DNA of 64,000 bases from Octopus vulgaris (taxonomy: Eukaryota), in the NCBI GenBank assembly GCA_951406725.2, contig OX597822.1, positions 45,384,001 to 45,448,000 on the forward strand, given 5' to 3'. Below the pieces are notes generated by a model. The model did not search any database. It saw only the letters and a program-made list of their open reading frames with translations, and was not told where the DNA came from. Numbering within the stretch: position 1 is the stretch's first letter; every line of letters starts with the position of its first letter. The position numbers and the translations under genes are program-made. This document shows positions 1-13,886 of the stretch, one piece after another.

Positions 1-56
<56 letters not shown>
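1..56. repeat. (GATA)n microsatellite
   Basis: Perfect TAGA tandem. Similar arrays at about 4570-4676, 6740-6967, 8077-8290, 27811-27910, 28343-28476, 42916-42996 and 49210-49297. Confidence 0.98.
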
Positions 57-57
<1 letters not shown>

Positions 58-448
58 CGTCGGACAGACAGGCAAGGCATATTCTATAACATTTGATAAC
101 TCAGTTAATCAATAGCCGTTGATTGAATTACTCATGCTTGTAGTTTTTATGATTCAGTTTTCAATAACCCAAATCTACTTTTCTGTTATATTGTTGCAAA
201 TTATCATTTTTATGATGTTCTCTTATACAATTCTGTCATTCTGTTGTATTGTTGTTCGACATTCCTACACATTCTGTTTTCTTATTCCTTTATTCTGTTC
301 AGTTGTAACACTCCCATTGGCTGAAGCATAATATTTTTTTCTCTGATGGAATTTCGTTCAACTATTTTATAGCTTGGCGTCACAAATGATGCCGTTATGG
401 TTGTCCTCCCTCTTGATGTTGTTGTACCTGTTTCAAATTTTAGCAGAA

Positions 449-835
449 AGCAGGTGTGGTTGTTTGGCAAGAAAGTTGCTTCCCAACCACATGGTTCCTG
501 GTTCAGACCCACTGCGTGGCACCTTGGGCAAGTGTCTTCTACTCTAACCTCGGGCCGACCAAAGCCTTGTGAGTGGATTTGGTAGACGGAAAGTGAAAGA
601 TGCCTGTGGTATATAAATATGTGATAAATATGTGTATGTGTGTCCCACCACCACTCGACAATCGATGTTAGTTTGATTGCATCCTCTTAACTTAGCAGTT
701 CAGCAAAAGACCGATAAAACATAAGTAACAAGCGTTGAAAAATATGTACGGGGGTTGACTCCTTCGACTAAAAAATTCTACAAAGCGATGCCCCAGCATG
801 ACCGCAGTTTAATGTCTGAAACAAGTAAAGGGCAA
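449..835 (+). mobile_element. tRNA-derived SINE, family A (head GGCGCAGGAGTGGCTGTGTGGTAAG)
   Basis: A/B-box-like head, then conserved GGCACCTTGGGCAAGTGTCTTCTACT...GTGAGTGGATTTGGTAGACGGAAA, an internal microsatellite and tail CCAGCATGACCGCAGT...GAAACAAGTAAA. More than 10 homologous copies in the window. Confidence 0.85.
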
Positions 836-1049
836 AACAAAATGCCGGCAATTTTGAGGCAAGCGAGTGAGTCGACTCCACCAACTCCCTCACCCGAATA
901 GTACTTTATTTTACAGAGCCCCTAGGGACGAACAAACTGGCGTAGTGATGCACCACTCCCTGCAAGGCACTTTCTCTGATACGCCAACGACTCTGTCAAT
1001 CCACATCGATTTAAGATTTTAGGCTAAGAACAGCGATTTTGAGGGGTGG

Positions 1050-1212
1050 GAGAAGTCGTATACATCAATTCCCCAATACTTACCTGGCACTTAGTTCTAT
1101 TGATCACGAAGGCAAATTTGACCTCGGCGGAATTTGAACTCAGAACGTAAAGACGGTCGAAATGCCGCTAAGCAGTGTCGCCCGGCGTGCTAACGTTTCT
1201 GCCAGCTCGCTG
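1050..1212 (-). mobile_element. tRNA-derived SINE, family B (GCGAGCTGGCAGAAACGTTAGCACGCCGGGC)
   Basis: Reverse complement of the copy at 1643-1850; B-box GAGTTCAAATTCC. Confidence 0.75.
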
Positions 1213-1243
1213 CTTTAATGTACAAGTGTACAAATGTAATAAT

Positions 1244-1606
1244 AAGAGCACTCAGAGAGTGAAAACATCCGCCAAGGCAACACCAGCATCCTCACGACGA
1301 TTAGCCAGAGATGGTTTTCAAAATGAGAATATCTGAAATAAACTCAACTGCTCTCACAAACAAGAATACTAAAAATGAACCTGACCACTTTCAAAAATTA
1401 AATAAAAAAACTGGAAAAATAATCCAGAATCCTTGTCCGGTACCATATCAATCCCTAAATTTAATCAGTTCGTGCCAGTCACAAGGCCAAACATCGTTGA
1501 AAGTTTCATTTGAATCCATCCAGTGGTTCTTGAGATATCTTGTCCACGGACAAACAAACAAACAAACAAACGCGACTGAAAACAATACCTCGCTAAGGTG
1601 GAGATA
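1244..1606. mobile_element. Helentron-associated non-autonomous element (HINE/DINE-1-like)
   Basis: Sub-terminal ACATCCGCCAAGG near one end and its degenerate inverse GGTGGAGAT at the other, after a (CAAA)n microsatellite and AAACAATACCTC. This layout resembles HINE elements. Confidence 0.5.
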
Positions 1607-1642
1607 ATAATTATTATCATTATTTCCGTATTTTTCTTTTTA

Positions 1643-1850
1643 AGGCGGGGCGCTAGCAGAATCGTTAGCACGCCAGGCAAAATGTTTAGCGGCATTTCAT
1701 CCGTCTTTACGTTTTGAGTTCAAATTCCGCCGAGATCGATTTTGCCTTTCATCTGTTCGGGATCGATTAAATAAATGCAATCAACTTGCCCCACACCAAC
1801 CTCTCCTTCCCCCAAATTTCAGGCCTGGTGCATATAACAGAAATGATTAT
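1643..1850 (+). mobile_element. tRNA-derived SINE, family B
   Basis: GGCGGGGCGCTAGCAGAATCGTTAGCACGCC...GAGTTCAAATTCCGCCGAG...TTTGCCTTTCATC; homologous to 1050-1212 and 31890-32065. Confidence 0.75.
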
Positions 1851-2109
1851 ACCTGTGTCTGTTTTGATATTTCAAGTCTGCATTTGTAATTAAAAAATTG
1901 GGTCTGTATTTGCACTCCGCAAGCAAATTTCGTTCCCCAGTTTGCGCATAAAGAGCTGAAAGAAATACCGCAAAGTGTTTTTTATCTGATGCGCTATCGA
2001 TTCTGCTAGCTCGCCGTTCGTTGTTGTTGCCGTTGTTGTCGTTGTCGTCGTCGTTGTCCTTATTATTGTTGTTGTTGACATCGTCGTTGTCACTGCAGTT
2101 GTGGCAAGG

Positions 2110-2830
2110 AGGCCCCCGTCACACTGATGTGAGGCTCAGCCTAAAGGAGCGTCGGCCCAGAAGGAGCCTCAGTTGAAGCATTTAACGATTCGCCGCGGTT
2201 ACACATAAGAACATATCTTGATCTGGTCGTGCAAGACACGGGGTATCAGACTGAGGATACGAAGACAGCCGAAAAAGATCCAGACATCTTGTGTGAAAGA
2301 GTTTCATTGGTTCGGACAAGTATCCCAACCGGATACTATAGATACTGGTGTGATTCCCGGGATAATTCACATCTTGTTTGACAGTCAAATGCCCTACACT
2401 GTTTGGACGTCTTCCTCTGGACGCCTGTAGATTTCAAGGGTCATCAAGATAGAGTGTACACCGTTTCAGGACCTTTTACGGTATAATGGCCCCAACTCAT
2501 TGATCTGAAGCTCCCCTTAAAGGATCAGCTCCTTAGGAGGAATTTCAGCGGGAGAATTTATCGATCCACTGCGGTTCGACAAGAGCATATATCGATTAAC
2601 TTGTGGAAGACTTTGTTTATCGAGTTAAGCATACGGAGTCTGCCTTGGCAGATCGAAACACCTGGTGTGGAAGAGTTTCATTCGATCGGGCAAGTGATTT
2701 GACTCCAAAGATAATTCACTTTGTGTTTGGCAGTCAAACGACGTACACGACTTTGACTTCTTCCTTCAGATGCCTGGAGAGTTCTGGGGTCATCAAGGGA
2801 AAATGCGCACCATTTCGGGGCCTTCTTCTC
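2110..2830. repeat. Diverged tandem dimer, unit about 375 bp
   Basis: Colinear similarity between about 2110-2485 and 2486-2830, e.g. GTGTGAAAGAGTTTCATT at 2291 vs GTGTGGAAGAGTTTCATT at 2665, and GGGTCATCAAG in both. Confidence 0.75.
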
Positions 2831-2959
2831 GACAGCTTTACTCGCTGCTCACAGCCCCCCCCCCCCCCACAACCACCACTAGTCACACCTCAGTGAAAAG
2901 ACAGAATAGTCACGGATACAATGGCTTTGGTCGTTGTCTTCTCTATCAGAACTGCCTCG

Positions 2960-3290
2960 TGGATGACTATCGTGTCACGACGAGGGTTCCAGTTGATCCG
3001 ATCAACGGAACAGCCTGCTCGTGAAATTAACGTGCAAGTGGCTGAGCACTCCACAGACACGTGTACTCTTAACGTAGTTCTCGGGGAGATTCAGCGTGAC
3101 ACAGACTGTGACAAGGCTGGCCCCTTTTCACAAAGGCTGGCCTGTTTGAAATACAGGTATATCAGAAACAGGAAGAAAAAATGAGAGGAAGTTGTGGTGA
3201 AAGACTACAGCAGTGTTTGCTGAGAATCGAAACTGCAATCCTGTGACCGCGAGTCCGCTGCCCTAACCACTGGGCCATTTCTCCTCCACA
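2960..3290 (-). mobile_element. tRNA-derived SINE, head C (TGTGGAGGCGCAATGGCCCAGTGGTTAGGGCAGCGGACTCGCGGTC) with tail X
   Basis: Near-identical to the copies at 63375-63735 and 63741-64000 (GAGGGTTCCAGTTGATCCGATCAACGGAACAGCCTGCTCGTGAAATTAACG). Confidence 0.85.
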
Positions 3291-3301
3291 GTTGACTATA
3301 A

Positions 3302-3317
3302 CCAGTAGATGGCGGTG
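3302..3317 (+). promoter_or_regulatory. CTCF-like binding motif
   Basis: CCAGTAGATGGCGGTG closely matches the bilaterian CTCF core CCASYAGRKGGCRS. Motif match only. Confidence 0.4.
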
Positions 3318-3579
3318 TCACACAACTTCCCAAATAAGCTACTTTGTGTTTGGTGTAAATTATGATTTCTCGGCGGAAGCTTTATGCTTATCATGATGCT
3401 GTGCTTCGGTCATTCTTGAACAAAAAACATTTGTTATTAACAACATCTAATGGAAAGGTATGTCATATTGAAATATGTCCCAGAGAGGAAAGTAGGAAAT
3501 ATGTCTCGTTTGGACCGTTAATGCACATTATGGTATATTGGAAGGAAACGGTTGGACATACGGACATATGAACAAACTT

Positions 3580-3634
3580 TATGTGTGTGTATACACACAC
3601 ACATGCACACGCACACACACAAACACGCACGCAC

Positions 3635-3669
<35 letters not shown>

Positions 3670-3768
3670 TGTATGTATGTATGTATGTATGTATGTGTAT
3701 ATACATATATAGAGAGAAAGACAGACAAAGAAAGACAGAGATAGTTAGATAGATAGATAGATACATAG

Positions 3769-3799
<31 letters not shown>

Positions 3800-3938
3800 C
3801 ATACATATGTACATATATACATACACACATATGTACATACATATGTGAATGTGTGTGTAGTTACGCGCATATATATGTATAGAATCGTTGAGATCAGCAT
3901 ATGTCTATATATCGGCATCTATATACATTTAGATATTA

Positions 3939-4003
<65 letters not shown>

Positions 4004-4080
4004 CATACATACATACATACATACAAACATAATACATATATATACATAAATACATACATACATACACGCGCGCACATATC
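3580..4080. repeat. Compound microsatellite (CA/TATG/GATA/TA)
   Basis: Direct inspection; representative of dozens of such compound tracts across the window. Confidence 0.95.
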
Positions 4081-4444
4081 TATGGCTGCTTATGTATACG
4101 TATGGCAGTTATTCTGTGGGTAGTCAGCAGACTACTATATATCACAATCTTATGTCTTCCGTACACTATGTAGAGATGTAGAGATAGGTCTAATAACATT
4201 GCAGTCTGCTTATTTACGGTCACTGTTAGACATGTGGCCATGTGACATGTGTTTCCTGCAATCATTTCCGCCATATTGAATTGTCGCAACGTCTGCTAAA
4301 CTTCATTGTATTTGGCGGATATAGATCTTAATAAATATATGCGTGTGTGTATATGTATGTTTGTATATATATATATATATATATCCATGCGTAAAATTAA
4401 ATGTGTATATGTGGTTGGTCGTGCTAGTGTATATATATATATAG

Positions 4445-4499
<55 letters not shown>

Positions 4500-4567
4500 C
4501 TTGTATGACAATATTTATATATGTATCTATGTATGTAGCTATTTACGTATATATTTGCATAGATAGT

Positions 4568-4677
<110 letters not shown>

Positions 4678-5623
4678 CTCTATCCATCTAGTAGATTAAA
4701 TATTTTGTATGACGTTACAGTTTTAAATGACTACTTCACCAATACTTGAAGCTCTATGCTGAGTTGATTTATCAGATGAAGTGTATTTCAGTACTAACGT
4801 TTGTTCCCCTACATACTCGGCAGCCAACTTCCGGTTGCTGTTGAACCTTCGGCTGAGTCACGCTAGAACTTCACTTCATGCTGACGTTCACTTCCGACCA
4901 GTTAGTTTGGTACTGTTTTGTATAATAACGGTCACAATAATAGAGCGTCTACCAGCAGTCGTTCAAACATAGGTTGCATCATGTGAACAGAACTGACGCA
5001 AAGCAATGAACTTCCACTATCATTCGACGATAACCAGTCCTTTTTGGAAAATATGGCTGTATCATCACGAAGATGACAGCTTCTAGATTGTTACCACGTC
5101 AGTGAAACTTTGCGTAGTGTAAGACTATGTCACAAGCTGCGGCGTAGCACATGTGAAGACATTCTAATTACGAATTAAGAACAACTGTAGCAATGGAAGC
5201 ATTATCAGTCGAACATACATAGTGCATATGTTTGTTTTTTTATACACCAAATTTGCTACTGCTCGACGCCGAGTGTTAAAGAACTCCTAAATGTTACAGA
5301 GCAAGCGAGGGGCTATGCTTCAGCACACCAGCAAATAGACTTCACTCTATTTGCATGTAAGTCATAGACCAGCGATTCACTTCGTTTCCAGATCATCCGA
5401 GTACATGGTATTTATAAGCCACAATAATGGCAAAATATTTGACAGAATACAACTCTCGGTGATTCCGAGGTGAGTTGGTTGCCTGGTCTGTGACATTCAT
5501 GTACTCCTTAACATTCAAGAGTCGTTTGGGAAGCTTTACCCGGATGCTATCCCGCAGCAAATTTGGCATATAAACAAAGCACATATACTATCTATGTGTG
5601 ACCGATAATGTTTACACATGCAC

Positions 5624-6590
5624 ATATAGGAGCGTCGTGAGTACAATCGTCCTGTAGGCGCTGACTTTTGTGCTGATCTTAAGATGCTTGTTGTTCCACA
5701 CACGCTGGCACAGTCTGTCAAATGTTTTCTTTGCCTTTGCGAGTCTGTTGTCAACTTCTTTGTTGATAATCGCATCTGATGAGATGGTACGCCCAAGATA
5801 AGTGAACTGCTGTACTGACTTCAGTTCTGTTTCGGCAATGGTGATGTGGGGTGGATTGTACTCTTTCTCAGGAGTTGGTTGGTGTAGGACTTCAGTCTTT
5901 TTCAAGCTTACTTCCAGCTCGAAGGTCTGGGCGGCCTCTGCAAAACGGGATGTAATGCGCTGCAGGGCTCTTTCTGTGTGTGCAACAAATGCGGCATCAT
6001 CTGCAAAGAGAAGGTCCTGAATCAGTTGCACTTGGATCTTGGTTTTTATCCTGAAGACGCCGGAGGTTGAAAAAACTGCCATCCAGATGGTACCTGATGT
6101 AGACGCCGTCTTCAGCGTTGAGGTCTACAGTGGCCTTTTTGAGTATCATGCCGAAGAGAGTTGGTGCCAGAACACGGCCCTGATTCACGTCGTTGTTGAT
6201 GGGGAATGACTGATAGATCGCTATTCAGGCGGACTTGTCATCGCTGGTCTTCGTGAAGCTGCATGATCATGGTTAGGAATTTTAGGGGATAGCGGAGTCG
6301 GTTCAGGATCTGCCACAGACCTTTTCTGCTCACAGTGTCGAACTGTTTCGTCAGATCGACAAATGTTACATTAAGTGGTTTGTTTTGCTTCCAGCACTTT
6401 TCTTGGATCTGCCTAAGAACAAAAACCATATCTGGTGTGCTTCTGTTGTCTCTGAAACCACATGGCTTTCTGGGAGATGATTTTCGGCTAGAACTTTTCC
6501 TACAGTGGAAAGCAGGGTGACCCCACTCCCCGCCGGAAGTTTGAGAAGTCTGACTTTTCTTCTTTGTTTTCGTACAGTGTAATGAGGACA
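5624..6590 (-). pseudogene. RTE-clade LINE reverse transcriptase fragment (frameshifted)
   Basis: Motifs [89 protein letters not shown] and RLAKAKKTF across ORFs 6238-6816, 5997-6188 and 5612-6082. Confidence 0.92.
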
Positions 6591-6738
6591 TAATGATGAC
6601 ATACTGATGACAGCACACATATGTGTTGACATATACACACACACACATATACAAATATACACATATACATGCATACATACATATATACATACATATATGT
6701 ATATATATGTGCATGCACACGCACGCACAGATAGAAAC

Positions 6739-6813
<75 letters not shown>

Positions 6814-6814
6814 C

Positions 6815-6968
<154 letters not shown>

Positions 6969-8074
6969 GCTCATGTATACACGTAAATATATATACATAT
7001 ATATATGCACATACTAAGTAATTAAGGGTTTAGCAACGATTTGCCTCACCACACACCGAATTTAGAAATAGCAGTCAAATACATATGCACTGACACACAG
7101 ACACAGAAACACACATAGATGCACACACACAGACACATATATATAGACATGTATACACACATATAGATACATATATTTAACATACACACATATATATACG
7201 TACATGATGTGTGAGTGTGTGTATATGTATGTATGCATATATGTATGTGTGTATATATATGTATGTATGCATGCATGTATGTATGTATGTATGTATGTAT
7301 GTATGTATGTATGTATGTATGTATGTATGTATGTATGTATGTATGTATGTATGTGTGTATGTATGCATGAATGCATACATACATATATCCTTACATATAC
7401 TTATAAATGTATATATGTGTATATAAAATAAAGAAATGTGAGAGGAAATGAGATGAAGAACACCTACGCACCGATACACATACCGCAACACTTGCACGCG
7501 CGCGATCGTGTTTGAGTGTGTGTGTGTGTGTGTAGGATTGTGTGTGAGTGTGTGTGTGTGAGAGAGTATGTATGTGTATGCGTGTGTGTGTGTGTGCGTG
7601 CGTGTGTGTGTGACTACATAATTTCGCAGAAACAAGAATGGAAAACCGGTCTCAATATGGAACGCACACAATAATGAATCTGTGAAGCTTTAAATCTTAA
7701 GGGCAGCGAAGCGAAACAGAAAGAAGGATGGAGAATGGAAGTGCTGAAGGAAGAATAAACTAGAAAAACTATTTAGAAGTTTGATTGGCATAGAAGTATG
7801 GGAATGAAACGAAAAAATGCGGTGTCGGGTGGCTGTAAAAATCTTATACATCAATCTGATTGGATTCGATGAAGCATCTCAGAGATAAGGTGCGAAAAAC
7901 TTCATGGATTTTAGTGAACGAACAGAAATCAATACATTGGTTTATTGATTGGTCACATGACTCGCTCTCTTTATCTTTATCTATTTGCTTATCTGTCTAT
8001 CTGTCCATCTACCCGTGCATCTAGCTATCTATTTATTTATCTAGTTATCAATCTATCTAGCTTGTTATACTTAT

Positions 8075-8160
<86 letters not shown>

Positions 8161-8204
8161 GGATGGATAGATAGATTGATAGATAGGTAGGTAGGTAGGT
8201 AGGT

Positions 8205-8283
<79 letters not shown>

Positions 8284-8328
8284 TAGATATGTAGGTAGGT
8301 AGGTAGATACATACATACATATAGGTAT

Positions 8329-8363
<35 letters not shown>

Positions 8364-8640
8364 AGGTATATAAATATATATATATCATATATATGCATGT
8401 ATAAATGTTTATATGCATGTGTGTACATATACGTTTCTGTGTATATTTATATATATTGATACATACATTTGTATATGCATGTGTATGTATATTGATATAC
8501 ATACATACGTATGTGTGTGCGCACGCGATGTGTGCCAACTCACAAAACTCTCGGCCTTAATTCAGTCTACTAAATACTAATAAAAAATATACATTTACTC
8601 ATATATTGAGTTCTAGCTTTCCTATTTGCATCTTCATACC

Positions 8641-8671
<31 letters not shown>

Positions 8672-8918
8672 GTAAATTGAAAAAACTTCTTTCTTTTCTT
8701 TCTACTATTCATTTATACCTATTGATCTGTATATCCATCTGTCCGCCAGTATATCTTCGTATATCTCCCTGTATAAAAGCCCAAGTCAAGCGTCACACGT
8801 TTGGCTGTTAGCTCCATACATTTTCTGCCATAACACCAAAATGTGAGAGGAAAGAGAAATTAGTACCTGTGCTGAAAGAGGTTATAAAAACAAAAAGATT
8901 TTTTTAGAGTGCTACATT

Positions 8919-8964
<46 letters not shown>

Positions 8965-9149
8965 TCTGACGTATGTATGTTCGTATGTGCGCACAAACAT
9001 ACATACATACATACATACATACATACATACATACATACATACATACATACATACATACATACATACATACATACATACATACATCAGGATAATTAAAAAG
9101 AAAATATCTACAGACGAAATTGACCATATTGAGACCGATATGTCAAAGA

Positions 9150-9500
9150 AACATTATTGGAACTTATAAAAATTAAAGCAGAACCGGCCAGATATTGTTG
9201 CATGGGACCACAAGGAAAAGAAATATTCTGTTATGGAAATTAGCTGCATTCTGGATAACAGTGTAGTTAGAAGCCTACAGGAAAAAGAGAATATCTATGG
9301 ATCATCGATAAAGAGTTTCAAGTAGAATGCCTAATGCTCTATACTTATTATTATCGGAGCTACAGGATACATACGTCTGGAGCAAAGTTTAACTAAACGT
9401 GAGTTCTTGGCAAGGTGGGGTGAACACAAATCCTTAAGCCATACACTACAAATGTTCACAATATTTGGGAAAAAAGAATTTGTAAAACCTTAGTTTTGAC
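9150..9500 (+). pseudogene. Restriction-like endonuclease domain of a non-LTR retrotransposon (R4/NeSL/CRE type), decayed
   Basis: Manual translation KLKQNRPDIVAWDHKEKKYSVMEISCILDNSVVRSLQEKENIYG fits the RPD..(D/E)..K..K..Y endonuclease motif. Confidence 0.7.
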
Positions 9501-9599
9501 GAAAAACTGATCGTAACAAAACAAGATCCTTTCCTTCACAACCTTGCTACCAAGGAGGTGGCCGACAGAAATTAACTTTAAATTTAAAAGAGCAAGAGA

Positions 9600-9650
<51 letters not shown>

Positions 9651-10173
9651 TACATAGACATACATACATAGAAACAAAGATATATAGACACAGACATACG
9701 TTCAAACATACATACATACATACATGCATACATACATACATACATACATACATACATACATACATACATACATACATACATACATACATACATACATACA
9801 TACATACATACATACATACATACGTACGTACGTACACGATCACCATAAATGCACAGGACAATCACACTGCCACCATCACCGATATTACCATCTCCAACAC
9901 CAACACTCTCCGCCACCTACGGTCTACCGTCAACTGTTTCCACCACCACCACCAACAACAACAAAACCAACATGAACAACAACAACAAAGCCAACATGAA
10001 TAGCAACAACAACAATCAAACTACCAAATCGATTTTTATACAACACAAGAGATTTAAGACATGGTTCTCAACACAATTCTGTCAACACTGGACGAAAACT
10101 ATTTTTTCGCCCGCGATAAATATTTAATATACATTCATACATATATAGTTGTGAGAGTGTGTGTGTGTACGTG

Positions 10174-10213
<40 letters not shown>

Positions 10214-10273
10214 ATATACACATGCATATTTATGGCCATTAGTATCGCTATGCCTAAGCGAAGTCGTAAAATA

Positions 10274-10317
<44 letters not shown>

Positions 10318-10386
10318 TATAGATATATATAGAGAGATATATATATACATATATATATATAGAGATATATAGATATATATATAGAG

Positions 10387-10434
<48 letters not shown>

Positions 10435-10499
10435 TTGTTGTCTACTCCTTATGCAGAGTTTGGCCATCTCCTGTACCTACACCTTAGAACCATCATGGC

Positions 10500-11450
10500 A
10501 TCTGTTGTGGCTTTTCAAACCAGACAATGTTCTGAAAGACACCCACATAGATTGCACATCTGATTTGAACCACAAAGAGCAGCAGATAATTTCTGATCTT
10601 TGTGGATCTTAAAATGTCTTTTGAAGCCTCCGTTAGATTTGCATTCAAAGGTGTGCACAGACATATAGGCAGAATAGTTGGTGGAGGTTCGTTTTCCATG
10701 GGTTCGCAAATGAGATTTTAACCTAACAAAAGAAAGACATGTTCTGTCACAAAATGTGCGCACAAAAGGGTCATTGTCATTCACCTTTTCGATCGTAACA
10801 TTCTTCCTTAAATCTCTTTTGAGGCTTACATGCGTTATCCTGGCCTCTTCAAACGCTTTCACTCCACTCCACACTTTTGTTCGCCATTCAGCTCGATCCG
10901 AAGCAAGGGTTTCTATGTCTTCTGGATCTATTCCAAGTGACTTCATTGTAGTCCTTATACCGTCTTTATACCGTCCTTTACACCGATAGTGTTTCCGCTC
11001 TGCAAGCTCACCATAAAACAGCTGTTTCTGCATGCGTTAATCCGCCATTCGAACAATATGGCCACACCTTCTCATTTGGTTCCTCAAAATCATAGCTTTA
11101 ATTGAGGTGTCACCTGAGGTGACATCCGTGTTTGCAGTAAAAGAACTCCATTTAATGTTTAAAATGCATTGAAGGCATTTTTGGTGGAATTGTTCTAACA
11201 ATTTAAAATGCTTTTCATAACAAATCCATGTTTCACAAGAATACAACAGGGATGGTAAGACAAATGATTTGTAAAGAATCAGCTTTGTATTGTTATTTAT
11301 AAGTCGCTGGCACCAAACGCGTGACTCCAAGCCACTAAATGCTTTTGCTTCCCTTTGAATTCGCAGATGTATTTCTGTATCTAGATTTCCATCATTTTGT
11401 ACAGAGCTTCCAAGGTAGATGAACGAGTCGACAACCCCAAGTGACTTTAC
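10500..11450 (-). pseudogene. RTE-clade LINE 3' part (thumb and C-terminal domain with C2H2-like fingers)
   Basis: VVDSFIYLGS...EIHLRIQ...LLYSCETW...LEQFHQKCL...GHIVRMAD, KQLFYGEL, ASDRAEWR, CDRTCLSFVRLKSHLRTH. Confidence 0.9.
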
Positions 11451-11475
11451 TCTTAACAAAAATTTTATATATATA

Positions 11476-11807
11476 GGCGCAGGCGTGTCTGTGGAGTAAG
11501 TAGCTTGCTTCCCAAACACATGGTTCCAGGTTCATTCCTATGGCGTGGCAGCTTGGGCAAGTGTCTTCTACTATAGCCCCGGGCCAACCAAAGCCTTTTG
11601 AGTGGATTCGGAGACTGAAAGAAGCCTGTCGTATATGTGTGTATGTGTGTGTGTTTGTGTCTGGTTTTATCCTCCTACCATCACTTGACGACCGATGTTG
11701 GTATGCTTACGTCACCGTAACATAGCAGTTGGTCAAAAGAGACATATAGACTAAGTGCTCCAGCATGGCCGCAAACAAATGACTGAAACTAATAAAAGAA
11801 TAAAGAA
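11476..11807 (+). mobile_element. SINE family A
   Basis: Full head GGCGCAGGCGTGTCTGTGGAGTAAG and tail CAGCATGGCCGCAAACAAATGACTGAAAC, with an internal deletion. Confidence 0.85.
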
Positions 11808-11834
11808 TACATATATATATATATACATATGTGT

Positions 11835-11883
<49 letters not shown>

Positions 11884-11887
11884 CGCA

Positions 11888-11920
<33 letters not shown>

Positions 11921-11924
<4 letters not shown>

Positions 11925-12211
11925 CGTGATCACCGTGACCGACCAGGCTATCATGTGTTGCTACACATCGCTGGTCACAATGCGCTTCGCATTGTTTTAG
12001 CCTTTAAATGACGCCACCCCGCTGGCCAACAGAAGAAAGAGTGAGAGAAAGTTGCGGCGAAAGAGTACAGCAGGGGTCGCCACCATCCCCTGCCGGAGCA
12101 TCGTGGAGCTTTAGGTGTTTTCGCTCAATAAACACTCACAACGCCCGGTCTGGGAATCGAAACCGCGATCCTACGACCGCTGCCCTAACCACTGGGCTAT
12201 TGCGCCTCCAC
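11921..12211 (-). mobile_element. SINE, head C with tail Y
   Basis: Head reverse complement TGTGGAGGCGCAATAGCCCAGTGGTTAGGGCAGC; tail GACCGACCAGGCTATC...GCATTGTTTTAGCC shared with 20910-21030 and 30148-30273. Confidence 0.8.
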
Positions 12212-12237
12212 ATATATATATACATGCATATATATGC

Positions 12238-12287
<50 letters not shown>

Positions 12288-12297
12288 GTATATATAC

Positions 12298-12346
<49 letters not shown>

Positions 12347-12810
12347 GAGAGAGAGAGAGAGCTAAATAGATACATACATACATGCATATGTACATACATA
12401 CATATATATAAATGTGTGTGTGTGTGCGTGTGTGTGTGTATGTGTGTGTGCAAGCATGTCACATCAGCATGAAGCTACAATAATGGTGTGTTCGAAAACC
12501 ATAAGTAGCGCACATACAAAACACCATTTTCTTTTCTGTCGATCCCTCGTTTTTTATCGTCGTTCTTGTTGTTGTTATTGTTCTCACTGTATTTATAGTG
12601 GGATCTTTATATATATATATATATATATATATATTTCTTTCGTCTCTTGCAAGATAATATGCCATCTGCATTTTTCCATTAGGTCACGCAAGACATTGTG
12701 TCGTCTGCTAGGTGTCACTTTCTTGCATTTTTCTCTCGCCCTCTTTTCTCTCTCTCTCTCTCTCTCACTGCCGATTTCTATGCTCCCTACTTAATCTCTC
12801 CCGTCAACCC

Positions 12811-12859
<49 letters not shown>

Positions 12860-12910
12860 TGTGTATGTGTGTGTGTGTATGTATGTGTGTGTGTGTGTGT
12901 GTATGTTTAC

Positions 12911-12971
<61 letters not shown>

Positions 12972-12987
12972 TATATGTATTTGTATA

Positions 12988-13055
<68 letters not shown>

Positions 13056-13238
13056 TCACACACACAGATATATACGACCATCATTAGCAAGATAGTGCCG
13101 TTATTATTTACACGTGTTAATTACGTTGTCTGCAAGCGTATGTAAATTCTTTCGCCAAACAACTGCGTTAATGAACATTATACGTAATACGGACATCTGG
13201 CAACATATCCATGTACCAATACACTTGTGTGTGAATGT

Positions 13239-13331
<93 letters not shown>

Positions 13332-13851
13332 AAATGAGCTACTGTTTTCTGTAAAAGTGAAGACTATGTAAGCGATATTTGGGGTCACCCTAATATGTAC
13401 TGAAACTCGATAAAGCTATCTTTGTGTGGATGAGTGTTACAGAGAATAAAAAAACTTGTTGTTTAGCCTCTGTGTCAGATTTGCACTTTTGCCGTCACAG
13501 CGGGATTAAAATTCGCTTTTCAACCAAGCGCTTATGGATTCAGCCCCATTGCGCGACACGCAGTGGGACGTTAAGCTAGTGTCTTATACTGTAGCCCCCA
13601 GCCGACCAATGTTGTGTGATTAAATTTACAACACGGAAACTGTATGAAAACCCATCGTATTGTATCTATCTATCTATTTATCTCGCTATCTATTCATCTA
13701 TCTCCCGCTCTCTATATACTGCGTTCGAAAATATCACTTTCTTTTCTGTATCGTATGCTGCACATTCGACGCTTCTGAGAAACAAATGTAAATTTGGTTA
13801 TATACACATGTAATTGAGTGATGTGTGTGAGTGTGTGTATATGTGTGTGTC

Positions 13852-13886
<35 letters not shown>

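Noticed and set aside
1311-1607. 98-aa ORF with ordinary composition
   Set aside because: It lies wholly within the HINE-like repeat and has no recognisable domain.
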